Of a stretch of 57,931 bases of DNA, positions 1-10,700 are shown piece by piece. The notes below the pieces were generated by a model. The model searched no databases. It was not told the DNA's origin and worked only from the letters and a program-made list of their open reading frames with translations. Both the position numbers and the translations under genes were made by a program. Each line of letters begins with the position of its first letter. The first letter of the stretch is position 1. This DNA is from a virus (taxonomy: Duplodnaviria; Caudoviricetes), in the IMG/VR virus record IMGVR_UViG_3300027763_000069, positions 1 through 57,931 of that record; one strand, 5' to 3'.

Positions 1-785
1 TTCTGTCCGCAGTAGTCAATTTCAGGTCCACCTCCACGGCCGCCACCGCCACGACCACCGGCTCCGCCTGTTCCGCCTGATTGTACTGAGCCACCGCCAC
101 CGCCAGCATACCATGTTGTCACACCAGTAATAGAATTTGCTACTCCTACTCCTCCTGCGCCTGCAACAGTAGCACCTGACCCGGCAGTTCCTGCTCCGCC
201 TGCACCGCCACCGCCACCACCTGGATAGTTGGTTCCGTAAGTTCCGCTAGCACCGCCAGCATTTCCTTGACCAGTAGTACCCACTCCGCCTGCTGGCACA
301 CTAGGATGACGTGCTCCGCCACCTGAGCCAACAGTTCCGTTGCCGCTACCTGGCAATACATCTGCTGTTCCTCGTGTTCCTGCATAGGAATTTCCCTGGC
401 CGCCATTGCCGCCACCGTATGCTGTTATCGAAGAAAATACACTATTACCGCCAGACAATGCTGGAAGACTGCCATCAGCTTGTCCGGTTGCGCCTCTGCC
501 TCCTGCGCCCACAGTAACAGTATAACTATTACCTGGTGTTACTGCAAATGAACTGTTGTAAACTAAGCCACCAGCACCTCCGCCACCTGCTGAGTTGTAG
601 TTTGAACCTCCACCGCCACCACCTACTACTAATACCTGTACAGTGGTAACACCTGCGGGTGCCACCCATGTGTAAGTGCCAGGAGTTCTATAAGCAAATA
701 TAGGACGTTGGGCACTAGTACCAATTGGTAGTTGAATACCGTTGGCTACTGCGTTTGTTATCGACGATGTTGTTAACTGTGCCAT
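1..785 (-). CDS. Glycine-rich fibre/virion protein, runs off the left edge (paralogue of 796..3177)
   Basis: Not in ORF track; manual translation from ATG at 785: MAQLTTSSITNAVANGIQLPIGTSAQRPIFAYRTPGTYTWVAPAGVTTVQVLVVGGGGGGS..., same TWVAPAGVT-VLVVxGGGGG module as the adjacent gene. Confidence 0.85.
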   Translation of the reverse strand, partial: MAQLTTSSITNAVANGIQLPIGTSAQRPIFAYRTPGTYTWVAPAGVTTVQVLVVGGGGGGSNYNSAGGGGAGGLVYNSSFAVTPGNSYTVTVGAGGRGATGQADGSLPALSGGNSVFSSITAYGGGNGGQGNSYAGTRGTADVLPGSGNGTVGSGGGARHPSVPAGGVGTTGQGNAGGASGTYGTNYPGGGGGGAGGAGTAGSGATVAGAGGVGVANSITGVTTWYAGGGGGSVQSGGTGGAGGRGGGGRGGGPEIDYCGQ

Positions 786-795
786 ATTTTATCTC

Positions 796-3177
796 TTATC
801 TTCTAACTGGAAATCTGTGTTGCGTTGCTTCGTAGTTTTGAGTAACTTCAGCATCACTTAGGGCTCGATCATAAATTTGAATCATATAGTATGTGTTGTT
901 TGCAGGATATTGATTATCCCAACCAGAGCCGCCGCCGCGCTCACCAAACTTGGTATAATAACCTGTTTGGTTAGCTAGAGTTGAGTTGCCGCTGTATGCA
1001 TAATTTTGAATTAATCTACCATCCATGTATGTTCTGACGTTGTTGCCGTCCCAGGTAAATGTAAAATGGTAGATGGTACCAGCAGTTGAACTAAATCCAA
1101 TGTTTTGCCAGAACCAACTTGTGTTTGATGTCCACACAGCAAAGTTAAAATTACCGTCATTAAAGTGAGCAAACTCGTAGGTATTTTCTTTGTTGACCAG
1201 TTGACTTTGACTGCTATTATAACCGTTAAATCTATACCAGATAGTTACTGTGACATAGTCGGATGGTTGGATAGTATTAATTCTAATAGCATGACCGTTA
1301 ACCAACATGCCGCCGTAGTCAATGCCGTTTGATGCGCCGTTATATGTTGGACTGTTTAACAGCGTACCGTTAAAGATACTTAATCCAGTATTAGACCAGT
1401 AGCTTGGATTGCGTACAGGGTTGTAAACTGGTGATATGTCGTTAACAAAGTTTGTAGCACCGCAATATGATGTTGGATTACCAAAGTCATACATGGTTAT
1501 TAAGTTTTGCGTAACAATGCCTAACTGAAACTGTTCAAGGTTAAAACGTTGGCTGTGTGCGTTAAAGTTTTGTTGAATTTCTTGTGGATTCAATGCTCGC
1601 TTGTACACACGCACAGCACCAATTTTCTTAGCAACATTTTCAGATCCTGTACCATTACCAATGTTGCATATTTGTGCAGTGAAGTTATTAGTAAAGCCAG
1701 CCTTTTGACCAATGTATAAACCGTTGATGTAGCAGTATGCTTGTCCTTGTACTCTGGTTAGCACAATATGATTCCAATAAGTATTGGCCGCATTCCAACC
1801 GTTGGTACTGGCATAGGTTGTAAATCCTGGACTGTAGAAATAAATTTCGTTGTTGTTTGAGTTAATTTTTAAACAATTTGTATTTTGGTCAGGAAAAGCC
1901 ATCACGTGAGTGTATGCACTGTAACTGGTATTCTGACAATATACCCATGCTTCCCATGTGAAGTCTTGTGTACCAAACGCAAAATCTTGAGTTGATGGTA
2001 CTTGAGCTTGGCCTAGACTGCCGGTAAACTGAATACATCCACCTGCAACTGAGTCATACGCAATACTGCCACTTAAGGTAGCATGATTGCCGCGCCCACT
2101 TAAATCGTACCAAGTTGATTTATCTTGATTACTATAACTTAGCGGATCTCCTGCATCTAAATGCAATACTAAACCGCGTGTTACAACGTTTTCAGTATCC
2201 CTACTTTTTACAGAGCGCCATTCTCTTGCTTGTGGATCATAGTTTTCTATTTGACCGCCAATACCTTTATTACTATTGAAGCGTGTTATTCCCGCAGGGT
2301 TTGCGCTGTTATCTTTATTGTTTGCACTAATAATTACAATGCCACTGCCGCCATTACCTGCGCCGGCAATTTGTGCTTGTCCTGCACCGCCACCACCACC
2401 ACCTGTACCAGGTTGGCCGTCTTGTGCTCTGGTATCGCGGCACGATCCGTTACCGCCACCGCCATTTCCACCTGCTCCTGGCAAGTAGCCAATGTATGTA
2501 CCACCACCTCCACCACCGCCGTAAAAATTTGATATACCGCCGATAGTAATTTGAATTCCTACTCCGCCAGCCCCGCCAACAGACCCTGCATTAAGTGATG
2601 CGTTTGGTGCATCGCCACCTACTGCGCCTGCGCCACCACCACCTGCTCCGCCGCCATTGCCAGAGTCATTTGATGCGTTTCCGCCACGATTACCGTAGAC
2701 TGTGGCGCCACTAAATGCTGATTGATTACTTGTGCCGTAGCTTGTTCTATTGATTTTAGCGGCACCGCCGCCTGATCCACCGTTACCGGCTGCGCCAGAG
2801 CTGTTACTTGCGCCACCTCCGCCGCCATTGGCAGTCAAACTATCAAATACACTGTTGCCACCGGTGCTTGCTGTGTTTGCATTGTTTGTAGATTTTGCTC
2901 CGCCGTTGCCAACTGTAACTGTATAGCTGTTTCCAGGAGTTACAGCATATGTGGGATGATAAACTACTCCACCACCACCGCCACCTGCGCCAAAGTCGTT
3001 GCCACCTCCGCCGCCACCTGCTACTACAAGTACAGCAATGCTAGTCACGCCTGCTGGCGCAACCCATGTATAAGAACCTGGACTATTAAAAACTTGCAGA
3101 TTTTTTTGGTTATCTGTTCCTGTCGGAAGTTTTAAAAATCCGGTGTCGTTAACTGTTAACCCAGATAAACGTGCCAT
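796..3177 (-). CDS. Putative fibre/receptor-binding protein: glycine-rich domain plus two LamG/concanavalin A-like domains
   Basis: GGG-rich N-terminal module; two copies of LxxxxDxGxPxSY...WxH..T...Y.NG...vriY.RALS..EI.QNF/Y, typical of phage LamG domains. Confidence 0.8.
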   Translation of the reverse strand: MARLSGLTVNDTGFLKLPTGTDNQKNLQVFNSPGSYTWVAPAGVTSIAVLVVAGGGGGGNDFGAGGGGGGVVYHPTYAVTPGNSYTVTVGNGGAKSTNNANTASTGGNSVFDSLTANGGGGGASNSSGAAGNGGSGGGAAKINRTSYGTSNQSAFSGATVYGNRGGNASNDSGNGGGAGGGGAGAVGGDAPNASLNAGSVGGAGGVGIQITIGGISNFYGGGGGGGTYIGYLPGAGGNGGGGNGSCRDTRAQDGQPGTGGGGGGAGQAQIAGAGNGGSGIVIISANNKDNSANPAGITRFNSNKGIGGQIENYDPQAREWRSVKSRDTENVVTRGLVLHLDAGDPLSYSNQDKSTWYDLSGRGNHATLSGSIAYDSVAGGCIQFTGSLGQAQVPSTQDFAFGTQDFTWEAWVYCQNTSYSAYTHVMAFPDQNTNCLKINSNNNEIYFYSPGFTTYASTNGWNAANTYWNHIVLTRVQGQAYCYINGLYIGQKAGFTNNFTAQICNIGNGTGSENVAKKIGAVRVYKRALNPQEIQQNFNAHSQRFNLEQFQLGIVTQNLITMYDFGNPTSYCGATNFVNDISPVYNPVRNPSYWSNTGLSIFNGTLLNSPTYNGASNGIDYGGMLVNGHAIRINTIQPSDYVTVTIWYRFNGYNSSQSQLVNKENTYEFAHFNDGNFNFAVWTSNTSWFWQNIGFSSTAGTIYHFTFTWDGNNVRTYMDGRLIQNYAYSGNSTLANQTGYYTKFGERGGGSGWDNQYPANNTYYMIQIYDRALSDAEVTQNYEATQHRFPVRR

Positions 3178-4311
3178 TTATTTTCCGCCTTTTAATTCAT
3201 TGATCTCGTCTTTTAATGTTTTGATCGCTTCAATTAGATAAGCACTCAATTTAGTATAGTTGATACCTTCAGGCTTGCCGTCTTTATCGCAAGTAACTAA
3301 GTTAGGTAAAACATTAACGACATCTTCAGCAATTAATCCTGCTTCATTTTTTCTACTACCGTCTCGACGATCGTATGTTACGCCAACTAGACTCATAATT
3401 GCATCTAGCGCACCACTAATTGGATTTACATTTTCTTTTAATGCAATACTAGAACTTTCTGTTAATCCTGTTACAGTCAATGTACCTGTTGCCGCATTAA
3501 ATGTAAATTTAGTTGCTGTTGTTTTACCAGAAGTCAAACTACCAGTTGCTCCTGTTGACATTACAGGATATAATGTAGTTGTTGCTGTGTCGTCAGCTAA
3601 TGATGCGCCTGCCGCCGCCCAACTTAATGTGCCGCTGCCGTTGCTTACTAAGGCATATCCACTGCTTGCCGCATCTGCACTTGGTAATGTATAAACTACT
3701 GATCCTGCTGTCGCAGGTGCCGCAAATGTCACGCTACCGCTAGTAGATCCTCTGATAGCCAATCTATTATAAATGTTAAATGCACTACCGCTATTTTGAG
3801 AACCAGCATTGATTGTTGTTGCCGCGCCGCCAATGTTAACAGTAGTAGCACTAGTGTTAAAAACTGCGGCAGTACTACTTGCACTATTAGTTGCAATAGT
3901 TGGAGCACTATTATTAAGGTTAATAGTAGGAGTAGCACCTGATAGTGTTACATCACTACTGAATGCGCCAGTTGTAGCTGTTATAGGGCCACCGCCTGCA
4001 CCTAAAGTTACCCAGTTTGTACCATCACTGTATAGTGTAATAGTTGTTCCTGTTGACAATGTTTGACTAGTTGTTCCACTTCCGCCCGGTCCTACAAATG
4101 TTCCACCACCGCTAGTACTAAAAGTTAAAGTGATAGTTCCGCTGGCTGCGTTATAAAACGTTTGATTTAGACCAGCAAACAGAACAGGATCTCCAATAGT
4201 TACAGTATATGTTGTACCTGTAAGTTTTGTAAATGCACCAGATCCCGGAGATGTAAAGGCTGCGGTTGCGGACGCAGTTGCTGATGATATTACCGTATTA
4301 TAACGTGCCAT
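3178..4311 (-). CDS. Tail fibre protein with C-terminal intramolecular chaperone (peptidase S74-like)
   Basis: C-terminus SSIALKENVNPI..ALD.I..L.GV.Y...EAGLIAEDV..VLP.LV...INY..L...LIEAIK.L plus coiled coil; Ser/Thr/Gly-rich fibre body. Confidence 0.85.
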   Translation of the reverse strand: MARYNTVISSATASATAAFTSPGSGAFTKLTGTTYTVTIGDPVLFAGLNQTFYNAASGTITLTFSTSGGGTFVGPGGSGTTSQTLSTGTTITLYSDGTNWVTLGAGGGPITATTGAFSSDVTLSGATPTINLNNSAPTIATNSASSTAAVFNTSATTVNIGGAATTINAGSQNSGSAFNIYNRLAIRGSTSGSVTFAAPATAGSVVYTLPSADAASSGYALVSNGSGTLSWAAAGASLADDTATTTLYPVMSTGATGSLTSGKTTATKFTFNAATGTLTVTGLTESSSIALKENVNPISGALDAIMSLVGVTYDRRDGSRKNEAGLIAEDVVNVLPNLVTCDKDGKPEGINYTKLSAYLIEAIKTLKDEINELKGGK

Positions 4312-4331
4312 ATTATTATCTCTCTTTTATA

Positions 4332-4685
4332 TTATACTGTTGATGTTTCGATGCCGTAAATATTAACGTTTACGTTAGCAGTTGAAGCATATACGGTAAT
4401 GTATTTTGCACCACTAGTGCTACTTAAAACTAAACCTGTTCTTTCAAATACACCTTTTGGTGCAACTACTGTGTCATACTCAATAGCTTCGCTAGGTACT
4501 AATGAACCAGTAGGAGAACCTGCGGTTCCCAAGCTAGTGCCTACGTACAGACGAATAGTTGCCGCTGATGTGCCTGTATTTGTAAAACTAACGTTACATA
4601 CTGTGTATGTAGTCGATGGTACCATATAGGCTGTAGTAGCAGTTGTTGCTCCTGGTGTACCAGTGTATAAAATTCCTGTTGCCAT
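4332..4685 (-). CDS. Small beta-rich virion protein (paralogue of 24817..25161 and 32412..32729)
   Basis: GGAG SD upstream; shared pattern YxVP..T..v.v...N......i.l...ie.d..v......e.lVL.....i.v. Confidence 0.75.
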   Translation of the reverse strand: MATGILYTGTPGATTATTAYMVPSTTYTVCNVSFTNTGTSAATIRLYVGTSLGTAGSPTGSLVPSEAIEYDTVVAPKGVFERTGLVLSSTSGAKYITVYASTANVNVNIYGIETSTV

Positions 4686-4709
4686 TTTTGTTTCTCCAAA
4701 TTTTTATGT

Positions 4710-7700
4710 TTATCTTTGTCCGAAATATACTAAAGCAACTGGTGCTCCATCTATCCCGCCTGTGAACAGCATCTTACTACTTACGTAGATTTGTGCATTG
4801 TTAGTATTACTTATCGTATTTCCAGCAATGTATATCTGTCCTGAAGTTATTGTATTTACGTTCAGCGAACTCTGACCGCCACCAATTTGTGCTGTAATAA
4901 ACGCTTTAATAGCCTTTTGTGTAGGTACTACACCGTCGCTGTTAGCTGTAAAGTACGGATCTGTTGAGAACTGATAAATCGTTGCTGAACCAACTCCCAA
5001 ACTAACTGATCCAAGTGTCAAACTCTGTAGTCCTGACAAGTTAAACGCACTAGCGTTCAATGTAGCAGTACCAGTTGACTGTTGTACTCCGAACAAGTTA
5101 CCAACGTTAAAGTTACCGTCTTGGTCGGTACTTGTAAAGAACACTCGTCCACCGCCCACAAACAACTGCTGGTTAGCCGATACTGCCTTAGTAGCATCAA
5201 CATATGGATAGTTAGTTGCTGAGAATCCACCAGTACCAATGTACAAGAAGTCATGTCCAGTTAAACGAACGTTACTATATGACAAGTTTGTTGTGATTAA
5301 GTCATTGTGTGACGGAGCAGTTAGTGTTGTTAATCCCGGATTAATCTGGAATGTTGCACTGTAGTTACCTGCAATACCCGTCACGTTTGTTACGCTAACT
5401 AGTTTATACCAACGACTTGTTCCAAGAATACTGCTGAACACTACGTTACACCCTGGTGTTGGTATTTGATATAGTCCACTTACGTTGACATATGTACCTA
5501 CTTGATACAAATCAGCATAACCGTCGCCTGCGTAACTTGCTGTAGCAGTTGTGTTAGCAGTACCACGATGAGCAAAACTTGGATTACCTAGTGCTCCGTT
5601 ACCAGTACGTGCGGCTAACGGTGCTGTGTTAACCTTGTTAGGGTCAGTTTGTGTGATAATTGGACCTGCATTATATGTCATGCCTGTCGGTGTTGATGCA
5701 GTTAGAGCAAATACTGATCCACCTGATGTAGTAGATATCTGGATTGTACCAGCTAGTCCACTTGTACTTGTTGGTGTGCCTTTGACAAAGTAGTATGTTC
5801 CTGCAACAATACCGCCACTATTTGTGCCGTTAAACACAATTGGTTGATTTGCTGTCAAGTTTGTGATATCATCAACAGTGATAGTACCAGTGCTTGTTGC
5901 ACTTGTTGATACAATGTTTCCACGTGGGAAGCCACTGCCTGGCTCAATCATTCTGATTTCACTAACTTGGTTATTAACTACCTTAGCACGACCTTGTGGT
6001 CTTGCACCAGTTGCAATCTTAGTAGCAATCTTACCACTAGTGTTAGATACTGCTACCCATGTAGGTACACGACCTAATGTAGCATTTACAGGGTTACCAA
6101 ATGCTAGACCTAACCATGAGCTAGAGCTTGATGCAGTTTGTCTAGTCCAATCAATACCGTCTGGGCTAGTTGCAAATACAGTTCCTGAAGATATTGCAAC
6201 AAATAAGCCTTGGCCATATCTGATCTTAGTCCAAGTATTTGATGAACTTAATATGCTAGTTGATGTGCCACCGCATGTTGGTGCTTGGGTCCATGTATTG
6301 TTTGTTGCATAAGATGGTGTTGTTGTCCAGTTTTTTGTTTGCCAGTTAGTAGTATAGTAAACAGTACCGTCACTAGCCAATGCTACAAAACGTCCGTTAC
6401 CGTATGCTAGGCCTGCCCAAGTCTTGCTTGGTAGTGTTGCTCCTGCATACCACGCTGTTGGATTTGCTGCCATGAATGAACTTACTGTTCCTCCAATAGC
6501 ACAGAATACGCCTGCGCCGTAGGCAACGTTAGTATATCCTGATGAGTTTGCTGTAATATTACTTGACTGATCTGACCATGTACCTGTTGGGCTACCGCTC
6601 AATGATACTGCTGAAGCCGAACTTGTTCCGCCTACAGCAATGTATAAGTTATTACCGTATGCTAGGCTGTTAAGATTAGTCTTGCCAGTTGTTCCGCCAG
6701 TAGCTGACCATGTTGATCCTTGATCTGAACTGTATGCTGCCGAAGCGGTAGCTGTTGAAATAGCTACAAAAGCCGCATTTGGATCAGTCACAGTTACCGT
6801 AGGAGTTGTAGTATAACCATAGCCTGTTTGTGATATTGTATAGCTTGTTACACCGTAACCTGCGGCATTGGTATTTGTATTTGCACCGGCTACTGCTAGT
6901 GTTCCTACATAAGTTAATGCTACGCCAAATGTTCCGCTTGCGCCTGTGCCACTTGCACCATAACCAGATTTACCATAAATTGCATTTGTAAATGTTGGTT
7001 TAGTAGAGCTAAAGTTTCCGCTGCCGCCTGCTAGGTAGTAGTTGGTCACGTTCGGTGATACTGTTGTGTCAACTGCTGAGTAGTATGAACCGCTGGTTGC
7101 CGCGCCACCTGAACTCCAGCCTGTAGCAGTTACTGGTGCCGCAATAGTTACTATAGGACTAGCATAATATCCACTACCCCATGTTGTAGCAGTAATACTT
7201 GACAAGCTACTTGTTACCGCAGTAACAGTAACAGTTTCGCTTGCATAACCGCTACCAGTAATTATCATATCTACTGCTTGAATTTGACCGTTTAGAACAC
7301 GAGCTGTTGCTGTTGCTCCTGCAGAACCCGAAGCGCCAACAATTACAATAGTTGGCGGTGTTAGATAGTTATATCCGCCGTTCACTACTGTAATGCTGAT
7401 AATCTGTCCTTGTACGTTAGTGCCAGTAGCGCCAACTACTGCTGTTAGCACTGCGCCAGAACCGCCAACACCACCTACGACTGCCGTAGCTGTTGCGTTC
7501 TGTCCGCCACCATATACAACATTTCCCCACTTAGAGCTTGCATCTGTTGGTAATGCGCCGCCTGCGGCCCATGTTGTACCGTCTGTTGTTGTTGCAGTTG
7601 ATGCTACACCGGTAGCATTTGATGTAGCAACAAACTTACCTTGACCATATGCTAGCCCTGCCCAAGTTGTAGTTACTGCCGCAGTCATTGTAATGCCGGT

Positions 7701-10700
7701 GCTAGTAAAGCCAGGTGCTGTGTATGACAATGCTGGTTCAATAATATATGCTGATGTTGCATCTAATAATGACACAACTGTATCACCTGGAACAACATGG
7801 TCCCATCCTGCTTCATATACCGGAACTGCAATTGTACCTGTCAGTGATGTACTTGCTAAGTTTTGGCTTACGCTAACTGTCCAAGTTGAGCCTGCACCAC
7901 TTCCGCTGATGTTAGCAACAACGAATGTATTAGGTAATACTGATCCACCTGTTAGCAACATACCTGGATAGATTGTACCAGAAGTCAATGTTCCCACTGT
8001 TAGTGTTGTTCCAACAATAATTGAAGCCGCTGTTACTGCTGGAGTTGCACTTGTAGCATTCAGTGAAATGTTAGTACCAGCGGCAGCATTTGCAGCCGAA
8101 GTAGATAGTCTAAATGTTGTAGCAGTAAAACTAGTTGTACTTACATAATAAACTGTACCAGTACTTAGACCAGCAACTGCCGCGCCTAAGTATATTGGCA
8201 TTCCAACATACATAGTTGCTGTGCTAGCCACTGTGAATACTGTGGTATTATTTGTTGTGATAGTTAGTATTGCAAAGTTTGGACGTACTATGTTAGCAAG
8301 TTTGTTGCTTTGTGCATAGCCAATAATATTTGCAAACTGACCGACACCAGTACCGCCAATAAGTTGGATTCTCATGCCAACATAAGCAGAACTTAGTTGA
8401 ATATCACTGTTAGCAATAGTTATAGTTCCAACTGTACCAGTCTGTGCAACGTTACTTGCTGTTAGGTAGTTGCTACCACCAATACCGCGTCCGTTGTTTA
8501 AGTCAACTAGTCGTGTTTCAAATACTGCTGAATCACGGAACTCATCTTGTATTGCAACAATATTATATCCTGCACCGCTAACTGTTGGTAGTGCGTTTGT
8601 ATATGCATTACCGGCGTTTTGATATTCTAAGCGAAGAATCTCATCTGTGCCGTCAGTTACTACGTTTGTGATGTATGCTGGGTTAGCACGGTTATTCAAA
8701 CGACCATAGATTGGAGTTTCGTAACTGTCAATGCCTTCAGCAATAACACCATATGTACCATATGAGCTGTTACCGTTTGTAGCACGGATACGTCCGCCGT
8801 ATTCTGCTAGGTAACCTGCGTATGAGTAGTATGCGAACACAGAAACAAGTTCTGTTAATGCACCGCTACCAGTACACCAGCAACCAATACCGTCACTGAT
8901 AATAGTTGTGTAGTCGTTAGCAACGATAGATTTGTTACCACCGCTGTGTAATGCCGCATCAATTTTTAGACCTGAACAACCAGAACCGAACAATGTTAAG
9001 TTCTGTGGGTATGGTGATCGATTGCTAATCCATACTGCGCTGTCATTTGGTCCAAATCCTGCGTCAAGACTTGAATATGCGCCTGCTGTTGGTCTGCGAG
9101 TACCAAGTGCATTAGGCAATGTCATTGCGCCAGTTAAACCGTTTAATGTCATGTTTCTTAAACCAGTACCGTTACGTAAGTGGAATAAGTCATTTGCTGT
9201 TGCACCGCCTTGTGCTGACAAGTATACTTGTGCAGAGCGTGTTGATTTGTAGTTACCTGTTAATCCCAAATCGTATATTAGACCGTCTATGTGATATGTT
9301 GCGTCACGAACAGCCTTGTCAGTAAGGATATAATAACTGACAGTCATTGATCCTGAGCCACCGTTTAGTGTCTTAGTAGACTGTGTACCAGTTCCAGGTG
9401 CTGTTATTGTAAGAGTCAATGTTGAAGTAGATGGAGTTGTTAGTACCCAATATACTGTTCCTGCAACAATATTTCCGTCAAACATAGTTCCGCTGAACAC
9501 TACTGGATCGCCAACTGTTAAGTTGTGTGCGCCGGAGCAGGTAACTGTTCCGTTAGTTGCTGTAGTTGTTACAGTACCAGTGTATTGTGATAGAACATAT
9601 GCAACTGCTTCATTAGCCAAGAATGATTTGTTAGCACGGATAATCTCTGCACCTTGGATAGTAGCCAATGTGTTGTTGTAACCAGTGGCCATACTGTATG
9701 ATCCAGTTGGATTATTCCAAGGTTGAATAGTACCGTTGGTATTTTTATCATTAATGCCTTGGTTAATTGGCATGCCTGCTGTGCAAGTAGCTGTCAAACT
9801 GCCAACAGTATTAGTGATTGCAAATGCTGTACCACTCTTATATGATTCAGTAACTGTGATTGTTGTTCCTGCGGCTGGATATGTTCCAGCAGTTACAGAG
9901 TTAATCCAATACTGTGCGCCATTTACTAGTCCGCCTGCGGCATTAAAGTTTGCAGTTAAGGTTAAACCAGTTGCATTTGTTAATGTTAGTGCTGTTCCGT
10001 TCAATGTTGCGGCAATAGTAATTGCACTTGCACTTGCTGTTTTAACATAATAAACTTGATTAGATACAATAGTTGACTGTGTTCCGGTTGCTTGTGGAGT
10101 AAATCCAGTAAACCAAACTGGCTGTCCAACAACTACGCCTAGTGAGCTTACAGTTGCTCCAAGTGTAATGCTACTACTTGAAATAGTAGTTGCGGTTGTT
10201 GTAATATTTGCAGGTAATCCTGTGAATACGATTGGCATATTTACTAGCATGCCAGCATTGCTTGCAACTGTTATCAAGTTTGTGCTTGTAGTTACTGTTG
10301 TTACAGGAACAGTTGTTCCTGATGCCGTAATATCTGTTGTTAGTCCAAGTCCACCGTAGATACCGTAAACAACACCTGTCATTGCACCGTTTGCTGTACT
10401 AGTGATAGCAAATACTGATCCAAGATATGTCTGGCTAACTGTAAACTGTGTTGAACTTAGAACTTGTTTGATATAATAAGTACCAGCAGTTAGGTTACCA
10501 ATAGTTGTTCCTGTGATAGTAATAACTAGGCCTGGAACAAATCCACTGGTTGTACCTGCTGTAAGAATATTATTGTATGTGGTTCCGTTCAATACTACGC
10601 TAGTAGTTACGCTAGTAATAGAAGTAGTTGTTGAGGCAGCTGATTGATTGTAGTTTAACAACCATGTTGTACCGCTACCTGAAATAATACTTGTTCCAGC

